Positions 39,722 to 50,463 of a DNA stretch of 64,000 nt are shown here, one piece after another. This DNA is from a bacterium. Lineage in GTDB: Bacteria; UBA8248. A program made the translations under genes and the position numbers. The notes under the pieces were generated by a model. It made no database searches, had not been told where the DNA came from, and saw nothing but the letters and a program-made list of their open reading frames with translations. Numbering within the stretch: the first letter of the stretch is position 1; each line of letters starts with the position of its first letter. Location: positions 3,232,001 through 3,296,000 of the forward strand of contig OY843592.1 of the NCBI GenBank assembly GCA_963692865.2. The letters run 5' to 3'.

Positions 39722-41011
39722 TCAGGCGCAAGTGCTGAACTTTGCGTCGTAGAGCGTCGTCTTCATCGGCACCTTGTCACCGATGATCTTGAAGTGAAGG
39801 TTATCGTCCACGGTCGTCATGTAGAAATCGACGAAACCCTGGTGGTCGGTGCTGCGCAGGTAGATGTCGCCTTGCGGGAAGTCGCTGCCCTGGGAGAACA
39901 TCCGGCCCGGCCCCATCGGCGTCTTGCCGCCTTCGAGCCACTTGACCATCCTGTCCGTATCTTCCTTCCTGTCCTTGAACTTGACGGCCTGCATCGCCTG
40001 CTTGATGACGTTCATGCCGGTAAACTGCGCCTGGGCGAATCCGCTCGGCAGCACGCCCTTGCTCAGCTTCATGAACTCACCGCGGAACGCGTGGTTCGGG
40101 GCGTTGTCGAACGGCGAGCCCTTGAGATCGTTGACCGGCGAGTAGCGGTGCAGATAGAACCCGCCGACCGCGCTCTTGCCCTGCTGGGTAATGGTGTTCA
40201 CGTCGCACACCGACGCCGGCCCGATGACTTTCGCCTTTTTCGTAAGACCCACATCGCCCAGGGCGAGCATCGATTTAATGGCGGCGCCGCCCGACATCCC
40301 CATCACGATCGCGTCGGCATCCTGCGAAAGACGGTTCACGTAGGCGATGTAATCCGCCGTCTTGAGAGGAACGGGCACCGGGTCGATCCACTTGCCGCCG
40401 AGGCGCTTGAACTCGTCGCGGAAATCGAACGCCACGGACTGGCCCCATGCGAAGTCCATGTAGAGCCCCGTCGCGGTCTTGACGCCGTTCTTGATCGCCC
40501 ATGGCGCCATGGCGATGGCCTGGCTCTTCGTGGTGTTGTAGGGCCTGAAAACATATTTCGGGCAGGCGGGCGCCTTGCCGCCTGTCAGGTTGGTCGTCTC
40601 GCAACCCGTGCCCAGGACGTAGAGCATCTTGTAGCGTTTCGCCACCGGTGCGAGCTGGACGCAGATGCCGCTGCTGGAAGTACCCGTCAACGCGTCGATT
40701 TTTTCTTTCAGGATCAGCTTCTCGACCTCGCGCACGGCCTGGGCGGGCTTGAAGGCGTCGTCGCGCTCGATGACCTGGATCTTGCGCCCGTTGATGCCGC
40801 CGGCGTTGTTGATCCGGTTGACGGCGACCGTCAGTCCCCAGCGCCCCTGCTCACCGAGTGCGGCAAGCGGCCCGCTGAACGTGTTGACGTGGCCGATCTT
40901 GATGGGGGCTGCGGCCCACGCCTTTCTGAGAAAAAACGGCCCTGCGCTTGCGGTCACGGCGCCGACTGCTGCGAGCTTCAAGAAGTCACGTCTCGAGTTT
41001 CTTGCGGCCAT
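39722..41011 (-). CDS. Tat-exported ABC substrate-binding protein (LivK/LivJ family)
   Basis: SRRDFLK Tat motif; IKIG...SGPLA, INNAGGINGRKI, RDD. Confidence 0.88.
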   Translation of the reverse strand: MAARNSRRDFLKLAAVGAVTASAGPFFLRKAWAAAPIKIGHVNTFSGPLAALGEQGRWGLTVAVNRINNAGGINGRKIQVIERDDAFKPAQAVREVEKLILKEKIDALTGTSSSGICVQLAPVAKRYKMLYVLGTGCETTNLTGGKAPACPKYVFRPYNTTKSQAIAMAPWAIKNGVKTATGLYMDFAWGQSVAFDFRDEFKRLGGKWIDPVPVPLKTADYIAYVNRLSQDADAIVMGMSGGAAIKSMLALGDVGLTKKAKVIGPASVCDVNTITQQGKSAVGGFYLHRYSPVNDLKGSPFDNAPNHAFRGEFMKLSKGVLPSGFAQAQFTGMNVIKQAMQAVKFKDRKEDTDRMVKWLEGGKTPMGPGRMFSQGSDFPQGDIYLRSTDHQGFVDFYMTTVDDNLHFKIIGDKVPMKTTLYDAKFSTCA

Positions 41012-41275
41012 GCGGTATCTCCTTACGGTGTATGAATAGAAAAACTCCCCTTCCCTTCTCCGGTCGGAAACTTTCGTAGTTCGACTTTCCGTTTTGCCGC
41101 TTCTTATTTTATTGATTGCCAATTCAAGAGTTTTGCCCCATTACACCAAGAGCGCAGCACGCTGTCAAAGACGCAAAAATACGAGGCCCGCACGCGCTGA
41201 AACTTCTCCCGCAAATGCGGACGGATGCGCGGACTCTCGCGCGAGCCTCTCGTAACGCCTCGCGCGAGCCCGCCC

Positions 41276-41713
41276 CTACTTGCCGGGCAGCACCTTGATC
41301 GAGATGGTCGCCGCCCACCTCTTCCCGTAGGAGCGGTGCAGGCCGTCGGCGAACTGCATCGTGAGCTTGTAATCCCCGGGCGCGAGCTTGAGAGACGCTT
41401 CCGTCTGTCCCTTGCCGTAGTGCGGGTGCATGGCGTCGGTGGGTATCACCAAGCCTTTGCGCATGGAGCCTCCGTTGATGATAATGTGGTGATGCCCCGT
41501 CCCCTTCACCACCTTGCCCGAGGGCTTGATGGTCATGCCCTTCATGCCCATCACGACCTTGACGGGGCTTTTCACCTGCGCCCCGTCCTTGGGCTCGATG
41601 AACCAGACGCCGTCTTTCATCTCCTTCTTCTCGGCTCCTTGCGCATGACCCGCGAACGCCAGAAACGCAGCCAGTCCCAAAGCGAACAACCCGAAAACGC
41701 CTCGTCTGCCCAT
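41276..41713 (-). CDS. secreted DUF4399 domain protein
   Basis: Signal peptide; FIEPKDG, GTGHHHII, HYGKGQTE, LTMQFADGLH. Confidence 0.82.
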   Translation of the reverse strand: MGRRGVFGLFALGLAAFLAFAGHAQGAEKKEMKDGVWFIEPKDGAQVKSPVKVVMGMKGMTIKPSGKVVKGTGHHHIIINGGSMRKGLVIPTDAMHPHYGKGQTEASLKLAPGDYKLTMQFADGLHRSYGKRWAATISIKVLPGK

Positions 41714-41891
41714 TTCAGACTCCTTTCCGGCTCCCGCTCCGGGAACCTGCAAGCGATACGCGAAGGGCGCGACGCCCGGATGTGATTCGAACAATTCCGC
41801 ATCAGTATATCGCAAAGGGGGTTCGAGTCCACGAAAAACGCGCATCGCTGCGATCTTGGAATCAAAACCGGCCGGGGCATTGCGGCTTTTG

Positions 41892-42306
41892 GCCGTCATT
41901 CCGGCGCATGCCGGAATCCAGCGACTTTTCTTTTGTTTTACGCCTTCATTTATACCCAATGATGGAGGAGAGAAAACGCCGCAAAGCGTCCACTTCATCG
42001 GTTCTGGATTCCGGCATGCGCCGGAATGACGGCGGTGGTCAATTCCGACCGAAGGAGGACTTTTTTAGGGGGTAGGGGGGGTGCCTTTATGGGGTTTCCC
42101 CTTCAAGGGAGTTGCCTTTACCCTGTCAGGGCGTTTTTCAACAACCTCGGGGCGGGGGGTAGGGACAGGCCTCCGTGCCTGTCCTCATTGTCGCCGTCCT
42201 GTAAAAGGACAACCACGGAGGGTTGTCCCTACGCAAGTCGTTCGAGTGGCGGTGCAGGGATCATCACGTCGCCGACCGGGGGATGCATGGACTTTTTCAA
42301 CAACCC
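41892..42306. repeat. composite REP/MITE region (CGTCATTCCGGC pair, GTAG pair, two TIR-like ends)
   Basis: CGTCATTCCGGCGCATGCCGGAATCCA / TGGATTCCGGCATGCGCCGGAATGACG; GTAGGGACAGGC...TTGTCCCTAC; TTTTTCAACAACC at ~42134 and ~42293. Confidence 0.65.
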
Positions 42307-42365
42307 AATATGCGATCCTTACAGTGAATATAACTTCATGCGCCCCGACATTGGAAAATGAATCC

Positions 42366-43136
42366 TCACTCCTTGGCGCCGCGGGCTTTCAGGGCCTCGA
42401 TCACTTGATGAAACGGCGCCTTGTTCGAGCCTGGCGCCTTTATGCGGAACCGCGCCGCTCTCAGGGGCGTCTGCCCGCGAGCGTCTTTCGCGTTCACGTC
42501 CGCCCCCGCGTCGAGCAGCGCCCGGGCGGCCTCCGCACTTCCTCCAAAAACCGCCCAGTGAAGCGGGGTCTTCCAGTGTTTCTTGTCTTTCGCCTCTATC
42601 TGCGCTCCGCCTTTGAGGAGAATCTTCACCGCCTTCGCGCGCCCGTTTCCGGCCGCCACGTGAAGCGGCGTCAACCCGTTCGAGGCCTTCGCGTTCACGT
42701 CCGCCCCGCCTTGGAGCAGGGCCTCGATGCCCGCAGCGCTTCCCTTCATCGCGGCGCCGTGGAGCGCGGTCAGGCCCGCCTTGTCCCTGGCATCGGGCTT
42801 TGCGCCCGCGCGGATCAGCGCCGCAACCGCCGCCCCGTGTCCCCGGAACGCCGCCCAGTCGAGCGGGGCCTTTCCTATCTTGTCCCTCGCGTTTAAGTCC
42901 GCCCCGCCTGCGGCGAGAACCTCGATTCCCCCCGCGCTCCCCTTGATGGCCGCATAAAAAATCGGCGTCATGCCCAGGCGGTCCCGCTCGTCGGCGTCCG
43001 CCCCGCCCTTGAGCAGCGCCTTGATCCGCGCCGCGTCGCCCTTGAGCGCCGCGTCGTGAAGCGGGGCGGCCATGGCGGGCGAGGCGCACAGGCAAACCGC
43101 AAGAACCGTGAACATCCATCGGCGGAGCATCATCAT
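42366..43136 (-). CDS. secreted ankyrin-repeat protein
   Basis: Signal peptide; about six G.TPLH.AA..G....LL..GAD.NA.D repeats. Confidence 0.93.
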   Translation of the reverse strand: MMMLRRWMFTVLAVCLCASPAMAAPLHDAALKGDAARIKALLKGGADADERDRLGMTPIFYAAIKGSAGGIEVLAAGGADLNARDKIGKAPLDWAAFRGHGAAVAALIRAGAKPDARDKAGLTALHGAAMKGSAAGIEALLQGGADVNAKASNGLTPLHVAAGNGRAKAVKILLKGGAQIEAKDKKHWKTPLHWAVFGGSAEAARALLDAGADVNAKDARGQTPLRAARFRIKAPGSNKAPFHQVIEALKARGAKE

Positions 43137-43259
43137 CTTCCCTTTTCAAGAAGCCGTACAAGACGGGAGGAGGCGGCTATGCGACACGATACGTTTTTTC
43201 GGCGCCTTCATTCGATGTTGCGCCGCCCGGCCCGGCCCGCGCCCCGGATGCGCCCGTGA

Positions 43260-44321
43260 TTACGGGGAGCCGCTGGTAACGGGGTCGTCGGGATTGCCGG
43301 GCGCCGCCGTCGCGCCCGAGACCGCGCTGAACGCGCCCAGGAGCGAGACGCTCCCGTCGGTCGCGGCGAAGCCGAACGTCCCGCCCATCGTCCAGCCCTT
43401 GCCGTCGGACCAGCGCGCGCCCCACTTGCCGCCGCCCGCGATGTCGCCGCCTGCGCCAGAGGCCGTCGTCTCCCCCTCGAACGGAGCGCCCTGCGGCGAG
43501 AACCCGGTTTCGCCGAGCTTCACCGAAAGGCCCTCGAACGCCTCCCCGGCGAAGGAGCGGAACTTCTCCACCCTGCCGCTCACCGTGCGGGCGCTGAAGT
43601 CGGCGACCATCTCCACGTCGGCCACGAACTTCGCCGCCGCTCCGCCCGAGGCGCGGAGACCCACCGCGTCGCCCTCGTAGGTGGCCGCGCCGATCGGGGA
43701 CGCGGCGTCGAAAGCCGCCGCCGGCGCCTCCGGGCTCCGGCTCCAGAACGCGCCGGCCTCCTCCGCCGTGGCCCACACGCCGAGCAGGTCGTGGGGATAG
43801 CTCGACAGGTCCGGCTCAATGCCCGGGAGCATATCGGTGAACAGGGCGAGGCGGAAGTCCTGATTCGGCGGTCCGGGGGCGTGCGCCATAATGCGGGCGC
43901 CGTCCGTAACCTCGTACGACAGGTTCCCGTCGTCGTCGCGAACCACGCGCACCGACATCTCGTCCGCCGTCCGCCCGTTCTCGACCGCAGAGGATTGCGA
44001 GGCGCCGTTCGGGACAGCCCGCGCCGCGCGGGCCAACGCTTCGGCGACCTCCGGGCCGAAGTCGGCTTCCGCTCCCAAAATCGGCGAAAGGTCGGACGAC
44101 CCCACGCGCGGGCCGCGCACCGGCGCGCTGCCCGATCCCGTATTATCGCCGGGCGACGGGTCGCCGCCGGGATCCGGACTGCCGCCGGGCGTCGACCCGC
44201 CGCCGGACGCGGGAGGCATCGACTCCGTGTGGGCGCTCTTTCCTCCCCCGCTGCAGCCGGACAGCGCCAGGGCGGCCGACAAGGCCATTGCGAGCGCCGC
44301 GATCCGAACGTTCATGCCCAT
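43260..44321 (-). CDS. lipoprotein with transferrin-binding-protein-like beta-barrel C-terminus
   Basis: Lipobox LSGC, Gly/Ser/Pro linker, ATYEGDAVG..ADF...VSG...MGGTFGF..LLGAF. Confidence 0.7.
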   Translation of the reverse strand: MGMNVRIAALAMALSAALALSGCSGGGKSAHTESMPPASGGGSTPGGSPDPGGDPSPGDNTGSGSAPVRGPRVGSSDLSPILGAEADFGPEVAEALARAARAVPNGASQSSAVENGRTADEMSVRVVRDDDGNLSYEVTDGARIMAHAPGPPNQDFRLALFTDMLPGIEPDLSSYPHDLLGVWATAEEAGAFWSRSPEAPAAAFDAASPIGAATYEGDAVGLRASGGAAAKFVADVEMVADFSARTVSGRVEKFRSFAGEAFEGLSVKLGETGFSPQGAPFEGETTASGAGGDIAGGGKWGARWSDGKGWTMGGTFGFAATDGSVSLLGAFSAVSGATAAPGNPDDPVTSGSP

Positions 44322-44457
44322 TTTCCGTCTCCTTCTCTCGATATTCTATTCCTGACAAGCTCCGGCGAACGGGCGCCGCGCCAACCGCCGGGTTCGCGTC
44401 CACGGACTTCTTCGGAATTTTACAGGCCCGTCATCCAAAACGCCATTTTTTTTAACG

Positions 44458-44637
44458 CCGCCCCCCCGGAACGCCGCCCAATCGAGCGGGGAATCTACCG
44501 AATCTTGTCTCTCTCGTTCACGTCCGCTCCGCCTTTCAGCAGGGCCTTGATCTGCGCCGCATCGTGAAGGGGGCCGCCGGCGCGTGTGGGGTCCACAGGC
44601 AAATCGCAAGAACTATGAAAATCATTCGGCGGAGTAT
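44458..44637 (-). pseudogene. degraded paralog of the ankyrin gene
   Basis: GGAGG RBS, ATA in place of a start, LRRMIFIVLAICLW, HDAA, IKALLKGGADVNERDK, PLDWAAFRG with frameshifts and deletions. Confidence 0.7.
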
Positions 44638-44752
44638 GGGGTGTCCTCCACAACAAGGGAACAAACAACGGATGCGCGCTTCATGCTGTACCCCAAAAAG
44701 CTTCGGAATAATACTCAAAAGATTTTGAGAAACGCGAGAGAGCAATCTCTCT

Positions 44753-45700
44753 TCATACCCTAACGTCTTGTGCATCGTCGCTTTTTACTACGGAATCAAC
44801 CGGCCACAGATCCGTCAATTTACGCGCTGAGAGAAGCTTGGCGAGCGTCGTATAACGTGGGCTTTGCACCGACCAAGGTGGGAGGTCTCGGGATATCGGC
44901 TCGATAGCCTTGGCCTTCTCCGAAAAGATGAGCTTATATTTACCTTCTTCACCGTAAGACTCAATACGTGCGACAGGCGCATAATGCGTGATCGCAGAAA
45001 CAGGTGTGCTCTGATAACCTGCAACGTACTTGATGCTGTCGAACTTGCTGTCAGAAATCCGAATGGGGTACCAACAATCATCATCAAGAAAAGTCTCTTT
45101 GAATCCTTCTTGGCGAGCTGGAACAACGATCGTATCCGGCTCGTTGCCTTTCATCGGATCGTCCTTCGGCGGAGTAATGGATCTTGGAATCTTGAAAACT
45201 CGCAACCCTACCAGAGGCAGGATTTGAAAGATTTCCTTCAAGAAGGCGCGGGTGTCAGCCTTCTCGGCTTCGCTAAGCGGCGGCTCTTGCGGTGCATTTC
45301 CATTAACCAAGTGGCAACGCTTCGCTTTGTTTGCCTGAGCAATGAGCGAGTATTCCAACCACGTCACATGAGCACTGTTCAAATTATTTCCTGTCGAAAC
45401 GAACATCACACCCCGATCCCAAAAATCCTTACGGTATGTCCCGGTATAGTGGGATTGAATCCGCTTTGATACATCGTCTGTGTGTCCGATATAGACGGTC
45501 GGAAGATCGTCATCCTGTTCCGTGTACCCAATGAGGATGTATACTCCTGGGCGTTGTGATTCGGGACGACGCTTTACTTCATCCCATTTGTTACGAGGAA
45601 AGACCAATCCAAGGCCAGTCCAGTTCATACGGTCAATTACCCGAACGCCTTCCGGGTCTCCATCAGGGACGAAAATACGGATGATGAATGGATCGGGCAT
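44753..45700 (-). CDS. GIY-YIG nuclease fused to a C-terminal putative PUA/EVE-like domain
   Basis: PGVYILIG...VYIGHT...RIQSH, LEYSLI, NGN; second domain DTIVVPA..GF...WYPIRI...YVAGYQSTPVSAITHYA; lower GC than flanks. Confidence 0.8.
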   Translation of the reverse strand: MPDPFIIRIFVPDGDPEGVRVIDRMNWTGLGLVFPRNKWDEVKRRPESQRPGVYILIGYTEQDDDLPTVYIGHTDDVSKRIQSHYTGTYRKDFWDRGVMFVSTGNNLNSAHVTWLEYSLIAQANKAKRCHLVNGNAPQEPPLSEAEKADTRAFLKEIFQILPLVGLRVFKIPRSITPPKDDPMKGNEPDTIVVPARQEGFKETFLDDDCWYPIRISDSKFDSIKYVAGYQSTPVSAITHYAPVARIESYGEEGKYKLIFSEKAKAIEPISRDLPPWSVQSPRYTTLAKLLSARKLTDLWPVDSVVKSDDAQDVRV

Positions 45701-45877
45701 TTATGAACTCCGTCTATTAAGCAATTGGATTCGCTTCTGGTTTTAGCGCATTTTTAGATATAGGTTTGAAGTTCTAAAATACGAAAATACAAAGCGAGAG
45801 CGGGATTTGCAAATTATCCACTCCACCTATCTCACCTCTTCTTCACCATACAGCGAACACAACGCAGATTAGCAAAT

Positions 45878-46024
45878 CACTCCCCCCTTGAGGGGGAGTC
45901 GATGAGGTGAGGGTGTAAACCCGAAACCGAATCGGTGGGGGGAGTTTTTCCTGTGGCTTGTCCCCCCACCGCATCCGCCTTCGCCAAGGCTCGGCTTCTG
46001 CGACTCCCCCTCAAGGGGGGAGTG
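45878..46024. repeat. inverted REP-like pair ACTCCCCCCTTGAGGGGGAGT
   Basis: CACTCCCCCCTTGAGGGGGAGTC at 45878 and its reverse complement at 46002. Confidence 0.7.
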
Positions 46025-46070
46025 AAAAAACCTTCTTCTCCCGCGACAAATCACACGCATCCCCTCCCCA

Positions 46071-46445
46071 TCACACCGGAATATACGCCCCGCGGAACTC
46101 CAGCAGGTCGTCGCGCCGGGGGCTGAATATCTGGAGGTCCTGGGAGCCGTCTTCCAGCGCCTTCAGCCAGTGCTCGACGTTCGATTTACAGACAACCACT
46201 TCGCCCGCGCCCACTTCACGCTCCTCCTCGCCCTCGACGCGGAACAGGAAGCGCCCGCGCTGGATGAAGGACATCTGCTCGTGGGGGTGTTTGTGGGCGG
46301 CGACCTCGGAGCCTTCCGAGAACGTCCAGAGCGCCAGCGTCTGGTTCTCGCCGACGATCATCTGGAGTTCGATGACGCTCTCGGGCGGGATGTTCTCGTG
46401 GATGATGCGCATCCTGGGAATCTCGTCCCATCGCTGGAAGATCAT
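46071..46445 (-). CDS. cupin domain protein
   Basis: HKHPHEQ...G...F; VGAGEVV...NVEH. Confidence 0.85.
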   Translation of the reverse strand: MIFQRWDEIPRMRIIHENIPPESVIELQMIVGENQTLALWTFSEGSEVAAHKHPHEQMSFIQRGRFLFRVEGEEEREVGAGEVVVCKSNVEHWLKALEDGSQDLQIFSPRRDDLLEFRGAYIPV

Positions 46446-46526
46446 GGCTCCCTCCTTCGGGGTGAGCGGGGCCGAAAGCCGTTTGGCGGCTGGCTGCGGG
46501 GGCGGACGGGAAGGTCCGCTGTTTGC

Positions 46527-46706
46527 TTATGTCTTCTCCTCATCCTCATCATCCGGTTCAAGCGGGCGGTAGCCGTAGCGGACGCGCGGCGGCAACACGA
46601 CCCCGTGCTCAGGGCCGAAATGCCGCCTGAACGCCTCGGAGGGCTTGGCGCGGGAGTCGGCTTTATCCCCTTCGTCCATGTCGTGAATGGTAGTCTCGTC
46701 GCTCAC
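46527..46706 (-). CDS. small hypothetical protein (weak resemblance to FitA-like antitoxin C-terminus)
   Basis: GGAGG RBS plus GTG; FRRHFGPEHGVVLPPR. Confidence 0.35.
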   Translation of the reverse strand: MSDETTIHDMDEGDKADSRAKPSEAFRRHFGPEHGVVLPPRVRYGYRPLEPDDEDEEKT

Positions 46707-46881
46707 CGGATTACCTCCTCTTGTCTTGTTCACTCGAAAATTGACCGGATGATACGCCGGTTCGTCGCCAGAGAAAACCAAGGGCGCTCAGCCCCCCCCT
46801 TACAGGGTCAATACCATCCAAAGAGGGAGAATATGACGACTAATGGACCAGGAAATTACTCTCCCCCAATCGAGAGCGCGC

Positions 46882-47135
46882 ACCGTCATTCCGGTGTCAG
46901 ACCCGACCAATGCGGGAGGGTTTGACGGAATCCATTTGGCTTGCCTTTGATTTTTATTTTCTGATTGCTTCCCGCTAATAACGAGGAAATGAGAATCTGG
47001 CGTATTGTCATTCTGCTTTAGAATTAGAATGGATTCCGGCTTTCGCCGGAATGACGAACAAAACCGCAATGTCTGTAGGGACAGGCCCCCGTGCCTGTCC
47101 GATGTCTCGTTCTGCAAGGGACAACCACAGGAAGC
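46882..47135. repeat. composite REP region, inverted homolog of modules at 29840-29925 and 30925-31047
   Basis: ATGGATTCCGGCTTTCGCCGGAATGACGAACAAAACCGC-GTAGGGACAGGCCCCCGTGCCTGTCC-CTGCAAGGGACAACCAC. Confidence 0.7.
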
Positions 47136-47213
47136 AGGGCGGGCGCAGTCGAGCTTCTCTTTCTCAGGAAGCTCGACGCCCCTACAGGCCCCTCTCCCTC
47201 ATTCGGGTTTGAC

Positions 47214-48419
47214 CTACCGCACCCCCTCCCCCGCCATGAAGCGCGCCACTTCCTCCTCCGGCCAGCCGAGCCACTCCCTGAGCACCTCCGCCGTGTGCTG
47301 GCCGAGCAGGGGCGGCGGCTTCGGGTCCGCCTGCGCGCCGCTCATGATCCACGGCGCGCCCACCACGCGAATCTCCCCCGAGACGGGGTGCTCGACCTTT
47401 TTGATCAAGCCCCGGTGCGCTATCTGGGGGTCTGAGAGAGCGCGCGCGTAATCGTTCACCACGGCGAAGCCCACGCGCTCGGCTTCCAGGCGCTCTTCCC
47501 ACTCGGCCATCGTGCGCGAGGCGAAAATCTTCGACGCCCGCTCGTTGATGACGCCTCGGTTCGCCACGCGCGCCCGCGCGGTGGAGAAACGCTCGTCCTC
47601 CAGCCAGTCCTCCACCCCCAGCGCGCGGCAAAAGCCCGGCCAGAAGCCGTCGTGCTGCACGATGACGGTCACGTACTCCCCGTCGCTCGTGCGGTAGGTG
47701 TTCGCGGGCACGCGCATGGGGTTCTCGTTGCCGTGCCGGCCCGGAGAGACGCCCGCCTGGAGCGTCTCGCCCATGCGCGGCCCCAGCGCGGCCACCATGG
47801 CGTCCTGCATGCTCACGTCGATATGGCGGCCCTCGCCCTCTCTCCTCACCGCATGGAGCGCGCTCACTATCGCGTAAGCAGAAAACATGCCCGCCAGCAC
47901 GTCGGCGAGCGGCGCTCCTATCTGGGTGGGGTCCTCGTCGCCCGTAACGCTCATGACGCCCGATACGGCCTGGAGGATCGGGTCGAGCCCCACCCGGTCG
48001 CGGTAGGGGCCGCTCTGCCCGAAGCCCGAGAGCGAGCAGTAGACGATTTTGGGATTCATCGCGCGCGCGTCCTCAAAGCCGAGGCCAAGTTCGGCCAGCT
48101 TGCCGGGCGCCATGTTCTCGATGAGCGCGTCGGCCTCCCCCGCCAGTGCGCGCACGGCGTCCCGGCCCGCGTCCGTCTTCATGTTGACGGCGACGCTCTT
48201 TTTCGAGCGGTTGTTCGCGTAGAAATAATCCTCGTGTTCTTCGCGGTCCTTGTAGCGGGTGATGCGGCGCGTGTCGTCCCCGAAGCCGGGGCGCTCCACC
48301 TTCACCACCTCGGCCCCCATGTCGGCCAGCATGGCGGCGCAGAAAGGCCCCGCGACGACCTGGGTGAAATCCAGCACCCGGAACCCGCTCAAGGGCGCTG
48401 CTCCCTGCGATTCGGACAT
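47214..48419 (-). CDS. CoA transferase family III (CaiB/BaiF)
   Basis: PLSGFRVLDFTQVVAGP, LADMGAEVVKVERP..GDD, NRSKKS, SGFGQSGP, PPLLGQHT. Confidence 0.93.
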   Translation of the reverse strand: MSESQGAAPLSGFRVLDFTQVVAGPFCAAMLADMGAEVVKVERPGFGDDTRRITRYKDREEHEDYFYANNRSKKSVAVNMKTDAGRDAVRALAGEADALIENMAPGKLAELGLGFEDARAMNPKIVYCSLSGFGQSGPYRDRVGLDPILQAVSGVMSVTGDEDPTQIGAPLADVLAGMFSAYAIVSALHAVRREGEGRHIDVSMQDAMVAALGPRMGETLQAGVSPGRHGNENPMRVPANTYRTSDGEYVTVIVQHDGFWPGFCRALGVEDWLEDERFSTARARVANRGVINERASKIFASRTMAEWEERLEAERVGFAVVNDYARALSDPQIAHRGLIKKVEHPVSGEIRVVGAPWIMSGAQADPKPPPLLGQHTAEVLREWLGWPEEEVARFMAGEGVR

Positions 48420-48835
48420 CTCTCCCCCAACGGATGGCGCCGGCGCGGCGAAGAATGAGAAACCTCACCGCCCCGGCCTTCAAAACGACGGAAAACGTGA
48501 AGACTATATCGGTAAGCAAGCGCGCGTGCAGCGATGCCTTATCTCAAGCCGCATGATTTCATATAACAACGAAACGGCGGTAATCTCAAACCACCTTCAA
48601 CGTCTTTGAAACCCGGCGGCGATACAGGACGTTACCCGTCCGGCCCGGCGGACGGCGCCCGCTACGCAGAAAGGACTTTTTCACCTACAATGCGGGCTGC
48701 GGCGAGACGCTCGACACCATGGCGACCGACGCGGTCCACCGCGGGGCGCGCCCGCGTGCGGAAGGGGCGGCCCGGCGTCTCCCGAACCTCGATCATTTCG
48801 CCGAACCCGGCCTGAAACTTCATGGAGAGTGACAG

Positions 48836-50350
48836 ATGCAAACGAGACCGAACGTCCTCCTGATCAATACCGACCACTGGTCCTCGCCCCTCATGGGGGC
48901 GGCAGGCCACCCCGCCATCCTGACCTCGACGCTCGACACCTTCTGCAAGAACGGCGTGCGCTTCACGAACGCCTACTCCGAGCACCCGTTCTGCATACCG
49001 GCGAGGCGGACGCTCATGACCGGCGCGAGCGCCCGCGCCCACGGCGACCGCGTGTTCAGCCCGACGATGCTCATGCCCGACCACCTGCCCACGATGGCGC
49101 AGACCTTCCGCAACGCGGGCTATCAGGCCTGCGCGGTGGGGAAGATCCACGTCTACCCCCAGCGCGACCGCATCGGTTTCGACGACGTCATCCTGGACGA
49201 CGAGGGCCGCTCGATCTACAACGTCGCCGACGACTACGATATCTACCTGGGCGACATCGGCCACACGGGCCGCCAGTTCGACCACGGGATGGGGAACAAC
49301 CAGTACACCTACCGGGCGTGGCACCTGCCCGAGGCGACGCACCCCACGAACTGGACCACCCGCATGATGGCGCGGACCATCAAGCGGCGCGACCCGAGAA
49401 GGCCCGCCTTCTGGTATCTCTCCTACCGTCATCCGCATCCGCCGCTCGTGCCGCTGCAGGCCTACCTGGACATCTACCGCGACCTCCCCATCGACGAGCC
49501 GTTCGTGGGCGAGTGGGCGCGCGAGCGCGGCGAGCTGCCCTACAACGCGCAGGCCACCCAGGCGCGCGGCGACCTCTACGGCGCGGGGGAGATCATCGAC
49601 GCGCGCCGGGCGTTCTACGCGCTTTGCACCCACATCGACCACCAGATACGGATCATCATCGGCACCCTGCGCGAGGAAAGCCTCACGAACGACACCATCA
49701 TCTGCTTCACCTCGGACCACGGCGACATGCTGGGCAACCACGGCATGTGGGCCAAGCGCGTCTTCTACGAGTATTCCGCCGGAATCCCGATGATCCTGGT
49801 GGGCCTGCCGGATGATGAACGCGTCGGCTACGGCCGGACGGACGACCGCCTCGTCGGTTTACAGGACGTGATGCCCACCCTGCTCGATTTGTGCGGCATC
49901 GAGGTCCCGGACACCGTGGAGGGCCTTTCGATGGTCGGCGAGGCGAGGCGGGAATTCCTCTTCGGCGAGGCGGGCGAGGACGCGCATTCCTCGCGCATGG
50001 TCCACGACGGACGCCACAAGCTCATCTACTACCCGGCCGGGCACTACTTCCAGCTCTTCGATTTACAAGCTGACCCGCATGAGATGGCGGATCTCTTCGC
50101 GGACCCCGCCTACGCCGATGTCCTCTCCGGGTTGACCGAAATCCTCGCGGGACAGATGTACGGGAGCGACGAGAAATGGCTGGAGGACGGAAAACTCGTC
50201 GGCGAGCCGGCCCGGGCGTTCCAGCCCGGCCCCGACCGCACGCTCTCCGCCATGCGCGGGGACCAATGGCCTTTCCCGCCCGCCACCGAGGGCGGCTTCC
50301 TGGAGTGGTTCCCGGAGGCGAAGGGCGAACCGGCCGACGACGCCGGTTGA
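48836..50350 (+). CDS. Cys-type sulfatase (choline-sulfatase-like)
   Basis: RPNVLLINTD, CIPAR (CxPxR), GKIH, HPHPP, TSDHGDMLG. Confidence 0.92.
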   Translation: MQTRPNVLLINTDHWSSPLMGAAGHPAILTSTLDTFCKNGVRFTNAYSEHPFCIPARRTLMTGASARAHGDRVFSPTMLMPDHLPTMAQTFRNAGYQACAVGKIHVYPQRDRIGFDDVILDDEGRSIYNVADDYDIYLGDIGHTGRQFDHGMGNNQYTYRAWHLPEATHPTNWTTRMMARTIKRRDPRRPAFWYLSYRHPHPPLVPLQAYLDIYRDLPIDEPFVGEWARERGELPYNAQATQARGDLYGAGEIIDARRAFYALCTHIDHQIRIIIGTLREESLTNDTIICFTSDHGDMLGNHGMWAKRVFYEYSAGIPMILVGLPDDERVGYGRTDDRLVGLQDVMPTLLDLCGIEVPDTVEGLSMVGEARREFLFGEAGEDAHSSRMVHDGRHKLIYYPAGHYFQLFDLQADPHEMADLFADPAYADVLSGLTEILAGQMYGSDEKWLEDGKLVGEPARAFQPGPDRTLSAMRGDQWPFPPATEGGFLEWFPEAKGEPADDAG

Positions 50351-50463
50351 GCGCGCGGAGCGGGCCCCGCCCCTGCAGGCCGAACGGAAAACGCCGGGGT
50401 AAGAAAACCCCTTTCTTCGGGAGGATTCGGCGGATATCCGCAAAAACGCGGGAAGAGCCGTTC

